A stretch of 64,000 nucleotides of DNA, taken from contig NC_135901.1 of NCBI RefSeq assembly GCF_964194155.1, positions 26,722,001 through 26,786,000 on the forward strand, given 5' to 3'. The position numbers were made by a program, and so were the translations under genes. The notes under the pieces are model-generated. The model made no database searches. It was not told the DNA's origin and saw only the letters and a program-made list of their open reading frames with translations. Below, piece by piece: positions 11,951-24,880 of this stretch. Positions within the stretch are counted from its first letter, which is position 1, and each line of letters begins with the position of its first letter. The DNA is from Cetorhinus maximus (Eukaryota).

Positions 11951-13920
11951 ACCTATGGTCTGAACAGGAGTGCTGTGTTTGGCTGCAGTAGAGAGCTTCA
12001 GTTGGACACTGGTGACTGAGGGAGGTTAAGGGTTAAATTCTATCTAAAATCTAGTCGTTCTTTAATTTAGCAATTAACTAAAAGTTGCTGTTAGGGTTGG
12101 AAGAAGGTGAGTTTTATTCCAGCCTTAAAACAGGCCTCAAACAGGCTCCGCTTGCAATTGTAACTAGTTAATTAGATAACTGGCTTAATCAGGTTTTCAG
12201 AGGCTCGGTTCAGAGAGTATAAAAGTAGGTTATGTTATAGTGCTGACTTTGTCTGGAGTGGAGTGCTGTGTTTGGCTGCAGTCGAGAGCTTCAGTTGGAG
12301 TTTGGTGACTGAGGGAGTTTAAGGGTTAAATTAAGGGTGAAATTCTATCTAAAGCCTAGTCTTTCTTTAATTTAGCAATTAGCTAAAAGTTGCTGTTAGG
12401 GTTGGAAGAAGGTGAGTTTTAGACCGGAGTGGAGAGGCCAGTGAGAGCGGTATAAAAGGGTGCGAGAAACACAGGCCGAGGCCGGGGAGGAGAAGTGTAC
12501 CCTCAGGACCTTCAGGCAATGGAGTTCGAAGTGACCTCACAATTCAAAAAGTGACGTGACGCAGGGGAGGCGGCTGATTGGTCAGTAGAATCAGGTGAGT
12601 ATTTCTACTTCTACTTTTTCTACGAATTAATCAAAAGACTATCAAGGATAGTCAGCATGGCTTTGTCAGACGGAGGTCATGCCTAACCAATTTGATCGAA
12701 TTTTTTGAGGAGGTGACCAGGTGTGTAGATGAGGGTAGTGCAGTTGATGTAGTTTATAGGGGCTTCAGCAAAGCCTTTGACAAGGTCCCACATGGGAGAC
12801 TTATAAAGCAGGCAAATACACATGGGATACAGGGTATTTTGATAAGGTGGATTCAAAATTGGCTTTGTTGGAGGAGACAGAGGGTGATGACAGAAGGCTG
12901 CTTTAGTGACTGGAAGTCCGTGTCCAGTGGCGTACCACAGGGATCTGTGCTGGGTCCCCTATTATTCATCATTTATATAAATGACATAGATGACTATGTG
13001 GGGGGTAGGATTAGTGAGTTTGTGGATGACACAATGATTGGCCGGGTGGTTAACAGTGAGGTTGAGTGTCTTGAGCTACAGGAAGATGTAGACGGGATGG
13101 TCAAATGGGCAGATAAGTGGCAGAAGGAATTTAACCCTGAAAAATGTGAGGTGATACACTTTGGAAGGAGTAATTTGACAAGGAAGTATTCAATGAATGG
13201 CATGACACTAGGAAGTTCTGAGGAACAAAGGGACCTTGGCGTGTGTGTCCATAGATCTCAGAAGGCAGAGGGGCATGTTAATGGAGTGGTGAAAAAGGCA
13301 TTTGGGACACTTATCTTTATCAATTGAGGCATTGATTATAAAAGTAGGGGGGTCATGTTGGAGTTGTATAGAACCTTGGTGAGGCCACAGCTGGAGTTCT
13401 GTGCACAGTTCTGGTCACCACATTATAGGAAGGATGTGATTGCACTGGAGGGGGTGCAGAGGAGATTCACCGGGATGATGCCTGGGGTGAAACATTTAAG
13501 TTATGAAGAGAGGTTGGATAGACTTGGGCTGTTTTCGTTGGAGCAGAGAAGACTGAGGGGCGACCTGATCGAGGTGTACAAGATTATGAGGGGCATGGAC
13601 AGGGTGGATAGGGAGCAGCTGTTCCACTTAGTTGAAGGGTCAGTCACGAGGGGACACAAGTTCAAGGTGAGGGGCAGGAGATTTAGGGGGGATGTGAGGA
13701 AAAACCTTTTTACCCAGAGGGTGGTGACGGTCTGGAATGCGCTGCCTGGGAGGGTGGTGGAAGCGGGTTGCCTCACATCCTTTAAAAAGTACCTGGATGA
13801 TTACTTGACACGTCATAACATTCAAGACTATGGGCCAAGTGCTGGTAAATAGGATTAGGTAGGTAGGTCAGGTGTTTCTCACTTGTCGGTGCAGACTCGA
13901 TGGGCCGAAGGGCCTCTTCC
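11951..13920 (+). mobile_element. CR1 LINE with tandem 5' monomers and a large internal deletion, then RT to 3' tail
   Basis: Repeat units ~11968-12115 and ~12260-12420; RT motifs [20 protein letters not shown] at 12692-13852. Confidence 0.75.
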
Positions 13921-13944
13921 TGCAAGGAGGCTTCAGGGTTAAAT

Positions 13945-14780
13945 CGCAAGTTGTGTGTGTGGGCAAACACATAGCAGATGCAGTATAACAAGTTATACGC
14001 TTCGGTGTGAAAAACAGAAAGGCAGAGTATTATTTAAATGGTGATATATTGGGAAATGTGGATGTACAAAGGGATCTGGGTGTCCTTGTACACTAGTCAA
14101 TGAAAGTAAACAGGCAGCAAGCAATTACGAAGGCAAATGGTATGTTGGCCTTCGTTGCAAGAGGATTTGAGTTCAGAAGTAGGGATGTCTTACTGCAGTT
14201 ATACAAGGCCTTGGTGAGACCACACCTGGAGTATTGCGTGCAGTTTTGGTCTCCCTACCTAAGAAAGGATATACTTGCCATAGAGGGAATGCAGCAAAGG
14301 TTCACTAGGCTGATACCGGGGATGGCAGGACTGTCGTACGAAGAGAGTTTGGTTCGACTGGGCCTGTATTCACTAGAGTTTAGAAGAATGAGAGGGGATC
14401 TGATTGAAGCATATAAAATTCTAACAGGGCTAGACAGGCTAGATGCAGGGAGGATGCTTCCCCTGGTTGGGGTGTCTAGAACCAGGGGCCACAGCCTCAG
14501 GATACAGGGCAGGCCATTTAGGACTGAGAGAAGGAAAAATTTCTTCACTCAGAGTGTGGTCAACCTGTGGAATTCTTTACCACAGAAGGCTGTGGAGGCC
14601 GGGTCACTGAGCATGTTCAAGAAAGAAATTGATAAATTTTTGGAAATTAAGGGGCATCAAGGGGTATGGAGAGAAAACAGGAATATGGCGTTGAGATAGA
14701 TGATCAGCCATGATCATATTGAATGGCGGAGCAGGCTCAAAGGGCCAAATGGTGTACTCCTGCCCCTAATTTCTATGTTT
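13945..14780 (+). mobile_element. CR1 LINE 3' fragment
   Basis: ORF 14100-14699 LVRPHLEYCVQFWSP...FFTQSVVNLWNSLP. Confidence 0.9.
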
Positions 14781-16710
14781 CTATATTAATAAAGCCCAGG
14801 ATACTATATGCTTTATTAACTGCTCTCTCCACCTGTCCTGCCACCTTCAATGATCTACGCACATATACACCCAGGTCTTTTTGCTCCTGCACCCCCTTCA
14901 AAATTTCACCCTTTGTTTTATATTGTCTGCCCATGTTCTTCCTACCAAAATGCGTCACTTCACACTCCTCCGCTTTGAACTTCATCTGCCACCAATCTGC
15001 CCACTCCACCAACCTGTCTATGCCCTTTTGAAGTTCTACACTGTCCTTCTCACAGTTTGCAACATCCCCAAGCTTCATATCATCCGCAAACTTTGAAATT
15101 GTCTTCTGCACACCAAGATCTAGATCATTAATATATATCAGGAAAAGCAAGGGTCGCAATACCGACCCCTGGGGAACTGCACTACAAACCTTCTTCCAAC
15201 TGGAAAAATATCCATTGACCGTTACTCTCTGCTTCCTATTTTGCAGCCAATTTTGTATCCACATTGCTACTGTCCCTTTTATTCCATGAGCAATAACTTT
15301 TCTCACAAGTCTGTTATGTGGCACTGTATCAAATGCCTTTTGAAAGTCCATGTACATCACATCAACAGCATTACCCTCAACGACCTTTTCTGTTACCTCT
15401 TCAAAAAACTCCAGCAAGTTGGTTAAACACAATTTCCGCTTTAGGAATCCATGCCGGCTCTTCCTTATCAACCCATATTTTTCCACGTGACTACTAATTC
15501 TATCCCGAGTAATTGTTTCTAGAATCCTGCCCACCACTGAAGTTGAACTAACTGGTCTGTAATTGCTGGGCTTATCCTTACAACCTTTTTTGAACAAGGG
15601 TGTAATGTTTGCAATTCTCCAGTCCTCTGGCACCACCTCTGAGTCTGGAAGACTGAAAAATTATGGCCAGTGCCCCAGCAATTTCTACTCCATGAGCCTT
15701 TATTTTCCGCAATAATCTTTGATGCGGCACTTTATCAAATGTCCTTTGGAAATCTAAGTACATCCACCGGTTCCCCTTTATCCACAGCACATGTTACTTT
15801 CTCAAATAAACCCATTATGTTGGTTAAACATGATTCCCCTTTCACGAAACCATGTTGACTCTGCATGATGACCTTGAGCTTATCCAAGTGCCCTGCTATA
15901 GTTTCTTTAAGAATAGCTTCTAACATTTTCCCTACGACAGATGTTAAGCTAATTGGCCTGTAGTTTCCCACTCTCTGTCTCCCTTTTTGAATAATGGAGT
16001 TACATTTGCTATATTCCAATCTAATGGGACCTTCCCCATATCTAGGGAGTTTTGGAAAATTAAAACCAATGCATCAACTATCTCACTAGTCATTTTGTTT
16101 AAGACCCTAGGATGAAGTCCACCAGGACCCGAGCGCTTGTCAGCCCAGAGCTCCAACAATTTACTCAGTACCACTTCTCTAGTGACTGTAATTTTCCTGA
16201 GTTCCTCCTTCCCTTCCATTTCCTGATTTATAGCTGCTTCTGGGGTGTTACTTGTATCTTCTATAGTGAAGACTGATCCAAAATGCCTGTTAAATACATC
16301 TGCCATTTCCTTGTTTTCCATTATCAATTCTCCAGACTCACTTTCTGTCGGACCAAGACTCACTTTATTAACTCGTTTCTTTTTAAAATATTTATGGAAA
16401 CTCTTACTGTCTGGTTTTATATTTCTGGCTAGTACTCTAATTTTTCCCTCCTTATTAACCTTTTAGTCTATTCTGTCCAATCTTCTGGCCTTCCACCTAT
16501 CTTTGCACAATTATATACTTTTTCTTTAAGTTTGACATTATGTTTAACCTTTCTAGTTAACCACAGATGGTGTGTCCGTCCCTTGGGCTTTTTCTTACTC
16601 ATTGGAATGTATTTATTCTGTGTATTCTGAAATATCCCCTTAAATGTTAGCCACTGCATCGCTATTGACCTATCCCTTAACCTAATTTGCCAATCCACTT
16701 TAGCCAGCTC
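14781..16710 (-). mobile_element. Two adjacent CR1 ORF2 RT fragments
   Basis: NYRPVSSTSVVG, DFQKAFDTVPH, VPQGSVL, FADD. Confidence 0.9.
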
Positions 16711-17779
16711 TCTGTGGCTTTTTCTTTGACACTAATTCTTGTGGAATTTGGCCTCGGGAGTCTGTCTCCTTCTTTGACAGTAATGTCCTTGGAACTCAGC
16801 CTCGGGAGTCTTCAGTACCTGGCTAACAAGTAAGACCTTCCGAACCTCGACTTTATCCCCAAAGTGACCATTACCTCACGTCAGAGTGGGTTCTGTTGTG
16901 ACATAATGATTGGTCAGATTGGTTACTAGGTTAATTTAACTGGATGCCCAATTACTTACACAGTAACACAGTATCTTTACAGCGCATACGGGGCCATTCG
17001 GCCCATCGGGTCTGCACTGGCTTGCTGAAAGAGCATTCCATTTAGTCCCACTCCCCTGCCTTATCCCCGTAACCTCTCACTTCGGATAGCAATCCAATTC
17101 CCTTTTGAATCCTTCAATCAAACCTGCCTTCACCAACCTCTCAAGAAGTTTTTTCCAGGCTCCAACCATCCTCTGGGTGAAATATTTTTTCCTTGCATCA
17201 CATTTACTCCTTTTGCCAATTATTTTGAATCTGTGCCCTCTGGTTCTTGATGATCTCTTGAGTGGGAACAGTTTCTCACTATTTATCCTGTCCATGCCCC
17301 TCAGGATCTTGAATACCTCTATCAAGTCTCCTCTCAGCCTTCTTTTCTCCAAGGAAAACAGTCCCAACCTCACCAATCCATCTTCATTGCTGCAGTTCTT
17401 GATCCCAGGAATCATTTTTATGAATCTCCTCTGTACTCTCTCCAATGCCTTCACATCCTTCCTCAGGTATGGTGCCCAGAACTGGGCACAGTACTCCAGA
17501 TGAGACCTAACTAATGTCTTTTACAAGTTCAACATGACCTCCTTACTCTTGTACTCAATGCTTCTATTAATAAGGCCTAATATACTATATGATTTATTAT
17601 CTGCTCCCTCAACATGCCCTGCCATCTTCAATGACCTATGTACATATACACCGAGGTCCCTCTGTTCCTGCACCTCCTTTACAGGCTCTCCCCTTATTTT
17701 ATATTGTCTCACCATGTCTTTCCTGCCAAAATGAAGCAATTCACACTTCTCTGCATTGAACTTCACCTGCCACTTGTCT

Positions 17780-20700
17780 TCTCTTTTTTTTATTCATTCA
17801 CGGGATGTGGGCTTTGCTGGCTGGGCCAGCATTTATTGCCCATCTCTAGTTGCCCTTGAGAAGGTGGTGAGCTGCCTTATTGAACTGCTGCAGCACATTT
17901 GGTGTAGATACACCCACAATTGCTGTTAGGAAGGGAGTCCCAGGATTTTGACCCAGTGACAATGAAGGAATGGTGATATGTTTCCAAGTCAGGGTGTGAG
18001 TGACTTGGAGGAGAACTTCCAGGTGGTGATGTTCCCATCTATCTGCTGCCTTTGTCTTTCTAGATGGTAGTGGTTGTGGGTTTTGAAGGTGCTGTCTAAG
18101 GAGCCAAGGTGAATTCCTGCAGTGCATCTTGTAGATGGTACACACTGCTGCTACTGTGCATCGGTGGTGGAGGGAGTGAATCATAGTCATAGAGTCATAC
18201 AGCACAGAAACAGGCACTTCAGCCCATCATGTCTGTGCTGGCCATCAAGCACCTATCTGTTTGTGGATGTGGTGCCAATCAAGCGGGCTGCTTTGTCCTG
18301 GATGGTGTCAAGCTTCTTGAGTGTTGTGGGAGCTGCATTCATCCAGGCAACTGGGGAGTATTCTAACACACTCTTGATTTGTGCCTTGTAGATGGTGGAC
18401 AGGCTTTGGGGAGTCAGGAGGTGAGTTACCCGTCGCACGATTCCCAGCCTCTGACCTGTTCTTGTAGCCACAGTAATTATATGACTGGTCCAGTTCAGTT
18501 TCTGGTCAATGGTAACCCCCAGGGTGTTGATAGTGGGGGAACTCAGTAATGGTAATGCCATTAAACATCAAGGGACGATGGTTAGATTCTCTCTTGTTGG
18601 ATATGGTCATTGCCTGACACTCGCATGGTGCGAATGTTACTTGCCACTTGTCAGCCCAAGCCTGGATATTGTCCAGGTCTTGCCACATTTGGACATGGAC
18701 TGCCTCAGTATCTGAGGAATCGTGAATGGTGCTGAACATTGTGCAATCATCAGCGAACATCCCCACTTCTGACCTTATGATAGAAGGAAGGTCATTGATG
18801 AAGCAGCTGAGGATGGTTGGGCCGAGGACGCTCCCCTGAGGAACTCCTACAGTGATGTTCTGGAGCTGAGGTGATTGTCCTCCAACAACAGCAACCATCT
18901 TCCTTTGTGCTAGGTATGACTCCAACTAGTGGAGAGTTTTCCCTCTGATTCCCATTGACTCCCATTTTGCGAGGGCTCCTTGATGCCACAATTGGTCAAA
19001 TGCGGCCTTGATGTCAAGGGCAGTCACTCCCACCTCACCTCAGGAGTTCAGCTCTTATGTCCATGTTTGAACCAAGATTGTAATGAGTTCAGTGGCCCTG
19101 GCAGAACCCAAACTGAGTGTCAGTGAGCAGGTTATTGCTAAGCAAGTGCTGCTTGATAGCACTGTTGATGACCCCTTCCATTACTTTACTGATGATCAAG
19201 AGTAGACTGATGGGGCGGTAATTGGCTGGGTTGGATTTGTCCTGCTTTTTGTGCACAGGACATACCTGCACAATTTTCCACATAGCCGGGTAGGTGCCAG
19301 TGCTGCAGCTGTACTGGAACAGCTTGGCTAGGGGCGCGGCAAGTTCTGGAGCGCAAGTCTTCAGTACTATTGCTGGAATATTGTCAGGGCCCATAGCCTT
19401 TGCAGTATCCAGTGCCTTCAGCCGTTGATATCTTGATATCACGTGGAGTGAATCGAATTGGCTGAAGACTGGCATCTGTGATGCTGGGGACCTCCGGAGG
19501 AGGCCGAGATGGATCATCCACTCGGCACTTCTGGCTGAAGATTGTTGCCTTACCTTTTGCACTGATATGCTGGGCGCCCCCATCATTGGGGATGGGGATA
19601 TCTGTGGAGCCTTCTCCTCCAGTGAGTTGTTTAATTGTCAACCAACATTCATGACTGGATGTGGCAGGACTACAGTGCTTAGATCTGATCCCTTGGTTGT
19701 GGGATCGCTTAGCTCTATCTATCACTTGCTGCTTATGCTGTTTGGTATGCAAGTAGTCCTGTGTTATAGCTTAACCAAATTGACACCTCATTTTTAGGTA
19801 TGCCTGGTGCTGCTCCTGGCATGCCCTCTTGCACTCTCATTGAAGCAAAGTTGATCCCCTGGCTTGATGGTATGGTAGAGTGGGGGATATGCTGGGCCAT
19901 GAGGTTACAGATTGTGGCTGAGTACAATTCTGCTGCTGCTGATGGCCCACAGCACCCCATGGATGCCCAATCTTGAGTTGCTGGATCTGTTCAAAATCTA
20001 TCCCATTTAGCACGGTGGTAGTGCCACACAACACGATGGAGGACATCCTCAATGTGAAGGCGGGACTTCATCCCCACAATGACTGTGCGGTGGTCACTCC
20101 TACGGATACTGTCATGGACAGATGCATCTGAGGCAGGCAGGTTGGTGAGGATGAGGTCAAGTATGTTTTCCCCTCTTGTTGGTTCCCTCACCACCTGCCG
20201 CAGACCCAGTCTAGCAGCTATGTCCTTTGGGACTTGGCCAGCTTGGTCAACAATGGCGCTAGCGAGCCACTCTTGGTGATGGACATTGAAGTCCCCCACC
20301 CCGAGTACTTTCTGCGCCCTTGCCAGCGTCAGTGCTTCCTCCAAGTGGTGTTCAACAATGAGGAGCACTGATTCATCAGCTGAGGGAGGGCGGTACGTGG
20401 TAATCAGCAGGAGGTTTCCTTGCCCATGTTTGACCTGATGCCATGAGACTTCATGGGGTCTGGAGTCGATGTTGAGGACTCCCAGGGCATCTCCCTCCCG
20501 ACTGTATACCACTGTGCCGCCACCTCTGCAGGACCTGTCCTGCCGGTGGGATAGAACACACCCAGAAATGGTGATGGTGGTGTCTGGGATATGATCTGTA
20601 AGGTATGATTCCATGAGGATGACTATGTCAGGCTGTGGCTTGACTAGTCTGTGAGACAGCTCTCCCAATTTTGGCACTAGCCCCCAGATGTTAGTGAGGA

Positions 20701-21098
20701 CGACTCTGCAGGGTCGACAGGGCTGAGTTTGCCGTAGTTGTTTCCAGTGCCTAGTTGATGCTGGGTGGTCCGTCCGGTTTCATTCCTTTTTTGAGACTTT
20801 TGTAGCGGTTTGACACAAGTGAGTAGTTTGTTAGGCCATTTCGGAGGGCATTTAAGAGTCAACCACATTGCTGTGGGTCTGGAGTTACATGTAGGCCAGA
20901 CCAGGTAAGGACGATTGATTTCCTTCCCTAAAGGACATTAGTGAGCCAAATGGGTTTTTACAACAATTGCGATGGTTTCATGGTCATCATTAGACTTTTA
21001 ATTACAGGTTTTATTGAATTCAGATTCCACCTCTGCCGTGGCGGGATTCGAACCCGGGTCACAGAACAGCGATTATATCACTACACCATCGCCTCCCC
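17780..21098 (-). mobile_element. Full-length CR1/L2-group non-LTR retrotransposon with tRNA-derived head and a single degenerate APE+RT ORF
   Basis: A box 21078-21088, B box GGTTCGAATCC 21044-21054; APE motifs (PDIVILMESYL, YRPPS, GDFNVH, LDLILTN, SDH); RT ([26 protein letters not shown]); GAAT/A-rich tail; small CR1 tail nested at ~18181-18258. Confidence 0.85.
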
Positions 21099-21216
21099 AA
21101 TCTGCCCAATCCACCAACATGTCTATGTCCTTTTGAAGTTCAAGGCTATCCCCATCACAGTTGACAACATTTCCAATCTTCGTATCATCTGCAAATTTTG
21201 AAATCATGCCCTGCAC

Positions 21217-21990
21217 TGTTACGGGACAGCAGTTTGGCAAAGCTGAGTTATTAAAAAATCCCAGAGACGAACTTTAAACAACTGTCATAACCTATATTTT
21301 AAGTGGTATATTTGAGGTGCAACTCTAAATTTAGGAATCAGACCACCAGTTCTCGAGAGGTTTTATATTAAACTAAATGAAACATTCTATTAATTTACAC
21401 AAGTTAAATATATACACATGGCTACAAATTACTACTATCATAACTTTTAACAAATTCCCAAACTAATTTTCATTAAGGCAACGGCAACCCATAGATTTTT
21501 AAGCAGACACCAGGCAAAGCATTTTCATCCTACAAATTCAAAATGAGGCTCCTTTCGCTTTGGTTCCTGTGGAGACAGTTGTAGGCTTACACTGCTTTGA
21601 TCTTATGTTGCCTCTGCACTGCACACACAAAAACTGCTATCGGTTATATCCAGCACATCTCATTGAATGTAAATTCCCCTTGTATCACCAGCCCCTTTGA
21701 ACTCCACCTCTACTAACAATAAAACCCCTTTCATAGCACAAATTTTATTAGTAATATAAACATGTTGCTTGGTCTCTGCTAGCTAGGTGCCAGATTTCAC
21801 CCCACTACTTGAATGCTCTATTCAAAAAATGCAAATGCGCTCTACCTCTCTTCCATCTGAAAACTAGTACACATCAAAGCACCCAGACCAGCTGGCTTTA
21901 ATCCAATTAAGACACACCCACAGACTAAACCTCTTTTTTAAAAGAAAAATATTTTCCAATAATATTATATACATTAATAGCTTCATGACA
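21217..21990 (-). mobile_element. Solo Gypsy-type LTR
   Basis: TG...CA termini, perfect 5-bp TSD TGCAC (21212-21216, 21991-21995), similar to the LTRs at 52931 and 58870. Confidence 0.9.
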
Positions 21991-23649
21991 TGCACACCAC
22001 AGTCTAGCTCATTAATATATATCAGGAAGAGCAAGAGACCCAACACTGACCCCTGAGGAACTCCTCTACAAACCTTCCTCCAATCTGAAAAACAACCATT
22101 TATCGCTACTCTCTTGTTTCCTGTCACTCAGCCAATTTCTTATCCAAGTGCTTACTTTTCCTTTTATTCCATGACCTAGAATTTTGCTCACAAGTCTGTT
22201 GTGTGGCATTGTATCAAATGCCTTTTGAAAATCCATATACCTCACATCAACAGCATTTCCTTTATCAGCCTTCTTTGTTATCTCCTCAAAAAACTCCAGC
22301 AAGTTAGTTAAACATGATTTACCCTCAATGAATCTATGCTGGCTTTCCTTAATTATCCTGCATTTGTCTAAGTGATTATTGATTTTATCCCGTACCATAG
22401 TTTCCAGAAGTCTCCCTACCACTGACTGGCCTGTAGTTGCCAGCTTTATCCTTGTACCCCTTTTTGAACAAGGGTGTAACAGTTCTCCAGTCCTCTGGCA
22501 CCTCCCTTGCGTCTAAGGAAGACTGGAAGATTATCACTAGTGCCTTTGCAATTTTCACTCTCACTTCCCTCAGTAATCTTAGGTGCATCTCATCTGGTCC
22601 TGGTACCTTATCTATTTTAAGTAAAGAAAGCCTTTCCAACACTTCCTTCCACTTGATTGTAAGTTCTTCTGGTGTACCAGTTATCTCCTCTCTCACCTCA
22701 GCCTGGGTAGCAAGTTCTTCCTTTGTAAAGACAGATGCAAAGTACTCGTTCAACACCTCCGCTATTTCTCCAGCCTCGACATGCAAGTCCTCTTTTCTGT
22801 CCCTAATCAGCTCTACTCTTTCTTTTATCACCCTTTTATTATTTACACTATAGAGGGCCTTAGGATTCCCTTTTATGTTCGCTGCCAGCCTCATTTTATG
22901 CTCTCTCCTTGCTTTTTCTTTATTAGTTTCTTCACTTCCCCTCTGGTCCTTCAATATTCAGCCTGAATCTCTATTATCTTAGGCAGGAATACAATAGAAC
23001 TGTTTAATACTATCCCTTTATCTGATCCTATACAATCCCTTATTTGTCCTGTTTCAACTGTTGAGGCACATCAGAGCTTGAAGGTCTCCCTTGCCAGTAC
23101 ATTTCTCTTTATTGCACATTCTTTACATACACGGCAATTAAGGTTTTACATTTTTACAGCAAATAAAACTCAGTCTTTTACTATAACGACTGATTCATTA
23201 TTGATTCATTAATTGTAACTCAATTCAGGCTCACTACTTATTCAATCCTCTGTTACTGACTGGTCGTTAATTAATACAGTAATCTTTAATTAATACATTT
23301 GGTTCATACAAGATGCACTGGTTCAAAATGACAGCTTGTGTGGAAGATAATAGCTTTCTTACTAATCTTGATCAGATTGAACAATGAGACTTATTCTTGA
23401 GCTGGACTTTGGCAGAAGATAATGTCCTGTAGCTTATTAAAATTAGAAAATAATTCATTTGTTTAAACAAGTTCTGCTGGCTCTCTGCAGTTTCTGCAAA
23501 CATTTCAGTTTATACAGTGTTAATTCTTAAGATGCACATCCAGTCACATGTTAAGAGTTTAAAATGGCTTCCTCGACCTTGTCACTTGTAACAAGTGAAT
23601 ATGGTACGAAAGCGATTGATTTTTAAAACTAAATTTGATTACCCAGGTC

Positions 23650-23745
23650 GACAACAGTGACTACATTTCAACAGTACTTCATTGACTGTAAAATGCTTTG
23701 ATAGCTCCTGAGGCCATGAGAGGTGCTACAGAAATGCAATGTTTC
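23650..23745 (+). mobile_element. L2-type/DeuSINE-like 3' tail fragment
   Basis: ACAACAGTGACTAC...GTACTTCATTG.CTGTAAA..GCTTTG...GCTA.A.AAATGCAA recalled as an L2-derived SINE tail. Confidence 0.45.
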
Positions 23746-24274
23746 TCCAATTGCCCACAAATTTGGATATATTACAGTCGGTCCCCTCGTCAATATCGTT
23801 AATAAAGATTGAGTCTTAATTTTGTGTAACAACCATGTCTTTGACACAGTTTTGGATACTCTGTGAGAATCCAAACACACTGTTCTGAATTAAAATGTAG
23901 TGTTTTAAAATATAGTGAGCTGTTGTGTTTTGGAAGGCACTGCCTGGAAACAATGCGAGAAGCAGCTTCGACTCTGTGTTTTTCAAAAAGAAACTAAACA
24001 GGTTCTTGAAAGGAAAAGAACATTGCAGGTCAATGGAATTAATTGGGTAGTTTATTTTCCAAAGAGCCAGCCTGAGCACAGTGGCCTCCCTCTGTGCTCG
24101 ATCAGTCTCATGTACGTTTAAAGCAAAGCAGTAATGATCTGGAACCCGATTCCTATCAGGTGGTAGAAGTAAAGATGTTGGAATGAGTTCAAAAGGAAAT
24201 TAGACAGGCTCTTAAGGGAAGAAAACCTGCAGGGATACGGGGACAGGACAGGGCAATGGGACTCTCATTTAACG

Positions 24275-24880
24275 ATATAAGAGCAGGGAGGTTATACTGG
24301 GACTGTATAAAACGCTGGTTAGGTCACAGCTAGAGTATTGCGTGCAGTTCTGAAATCCACATTATAGGAAGGATGTGATTGCACTAGAGAGAGTGCAGAG
24401 GACATTTACCAGGATGTTGCTTGGGCTGGAGAGTTTTAGTTATGAGGAGAGATTGGATAGGCTGGGGTTATTTTCCCTGGAGCAGAGGGGATTGAGGGGG
24501 GACATGATTGAGGTGTATAAAATTATGAGGGGCATAGATAGGGTAGACAGGGAGGAACTTTTCCCCTTGGTGGAGGGATCAATAACCAGGGGGCATAGAT
24601 TTAAGGGTAAGGGGCAGGAGGTTTAGAGGGGATGTGAGGAAGAATTTTTTCACCCAGAGGGCGGTGGAGATCTGGAACTCACTGCCTGAAAGGGTGGTAG
24701 AGGCAGAAACCCTCATAACATTTAAGAAGTATTTGGATGTGCACTTGCGATGCCATGGCATACAAGGCTATGGGCCTAGTCCTGGAAATTGGGATTAGAA
24801 TGGTGAGACACTTGTTTGACCGGCAAAGATTTGATGGGCCGAAGGACCTTTTTCTGTGCTGTAGACCTCTATGACTCTAT
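24275..24880 (+). mobile_element. CR1 LINE 3' fragment
   Basis: Near-identical to 9235-9800; CTCTATGA tail. Confidence 0.9.

Larger units (their letters stand above)
16955..22970 (-). mobile_element. Host CR1 LINE split by two nested insertions (pieces ~16955-17779, 21101-21216, 21996-22970)
   Basis: Flanks rejoin colinearly with the CR1 sequence at 14975-15140. Confidence 0.85.

Noticed and set aside
20845-21040. Assigning the SINE body to the DeuSINE or V-SINE conserved domains
   Set aside because: I could not match it to those domains from memory; left unassigned
21040-21098. tRNA gene
   Set aside because: Only A/B boxes with no full cloverleaf; continuous with the retroelement body
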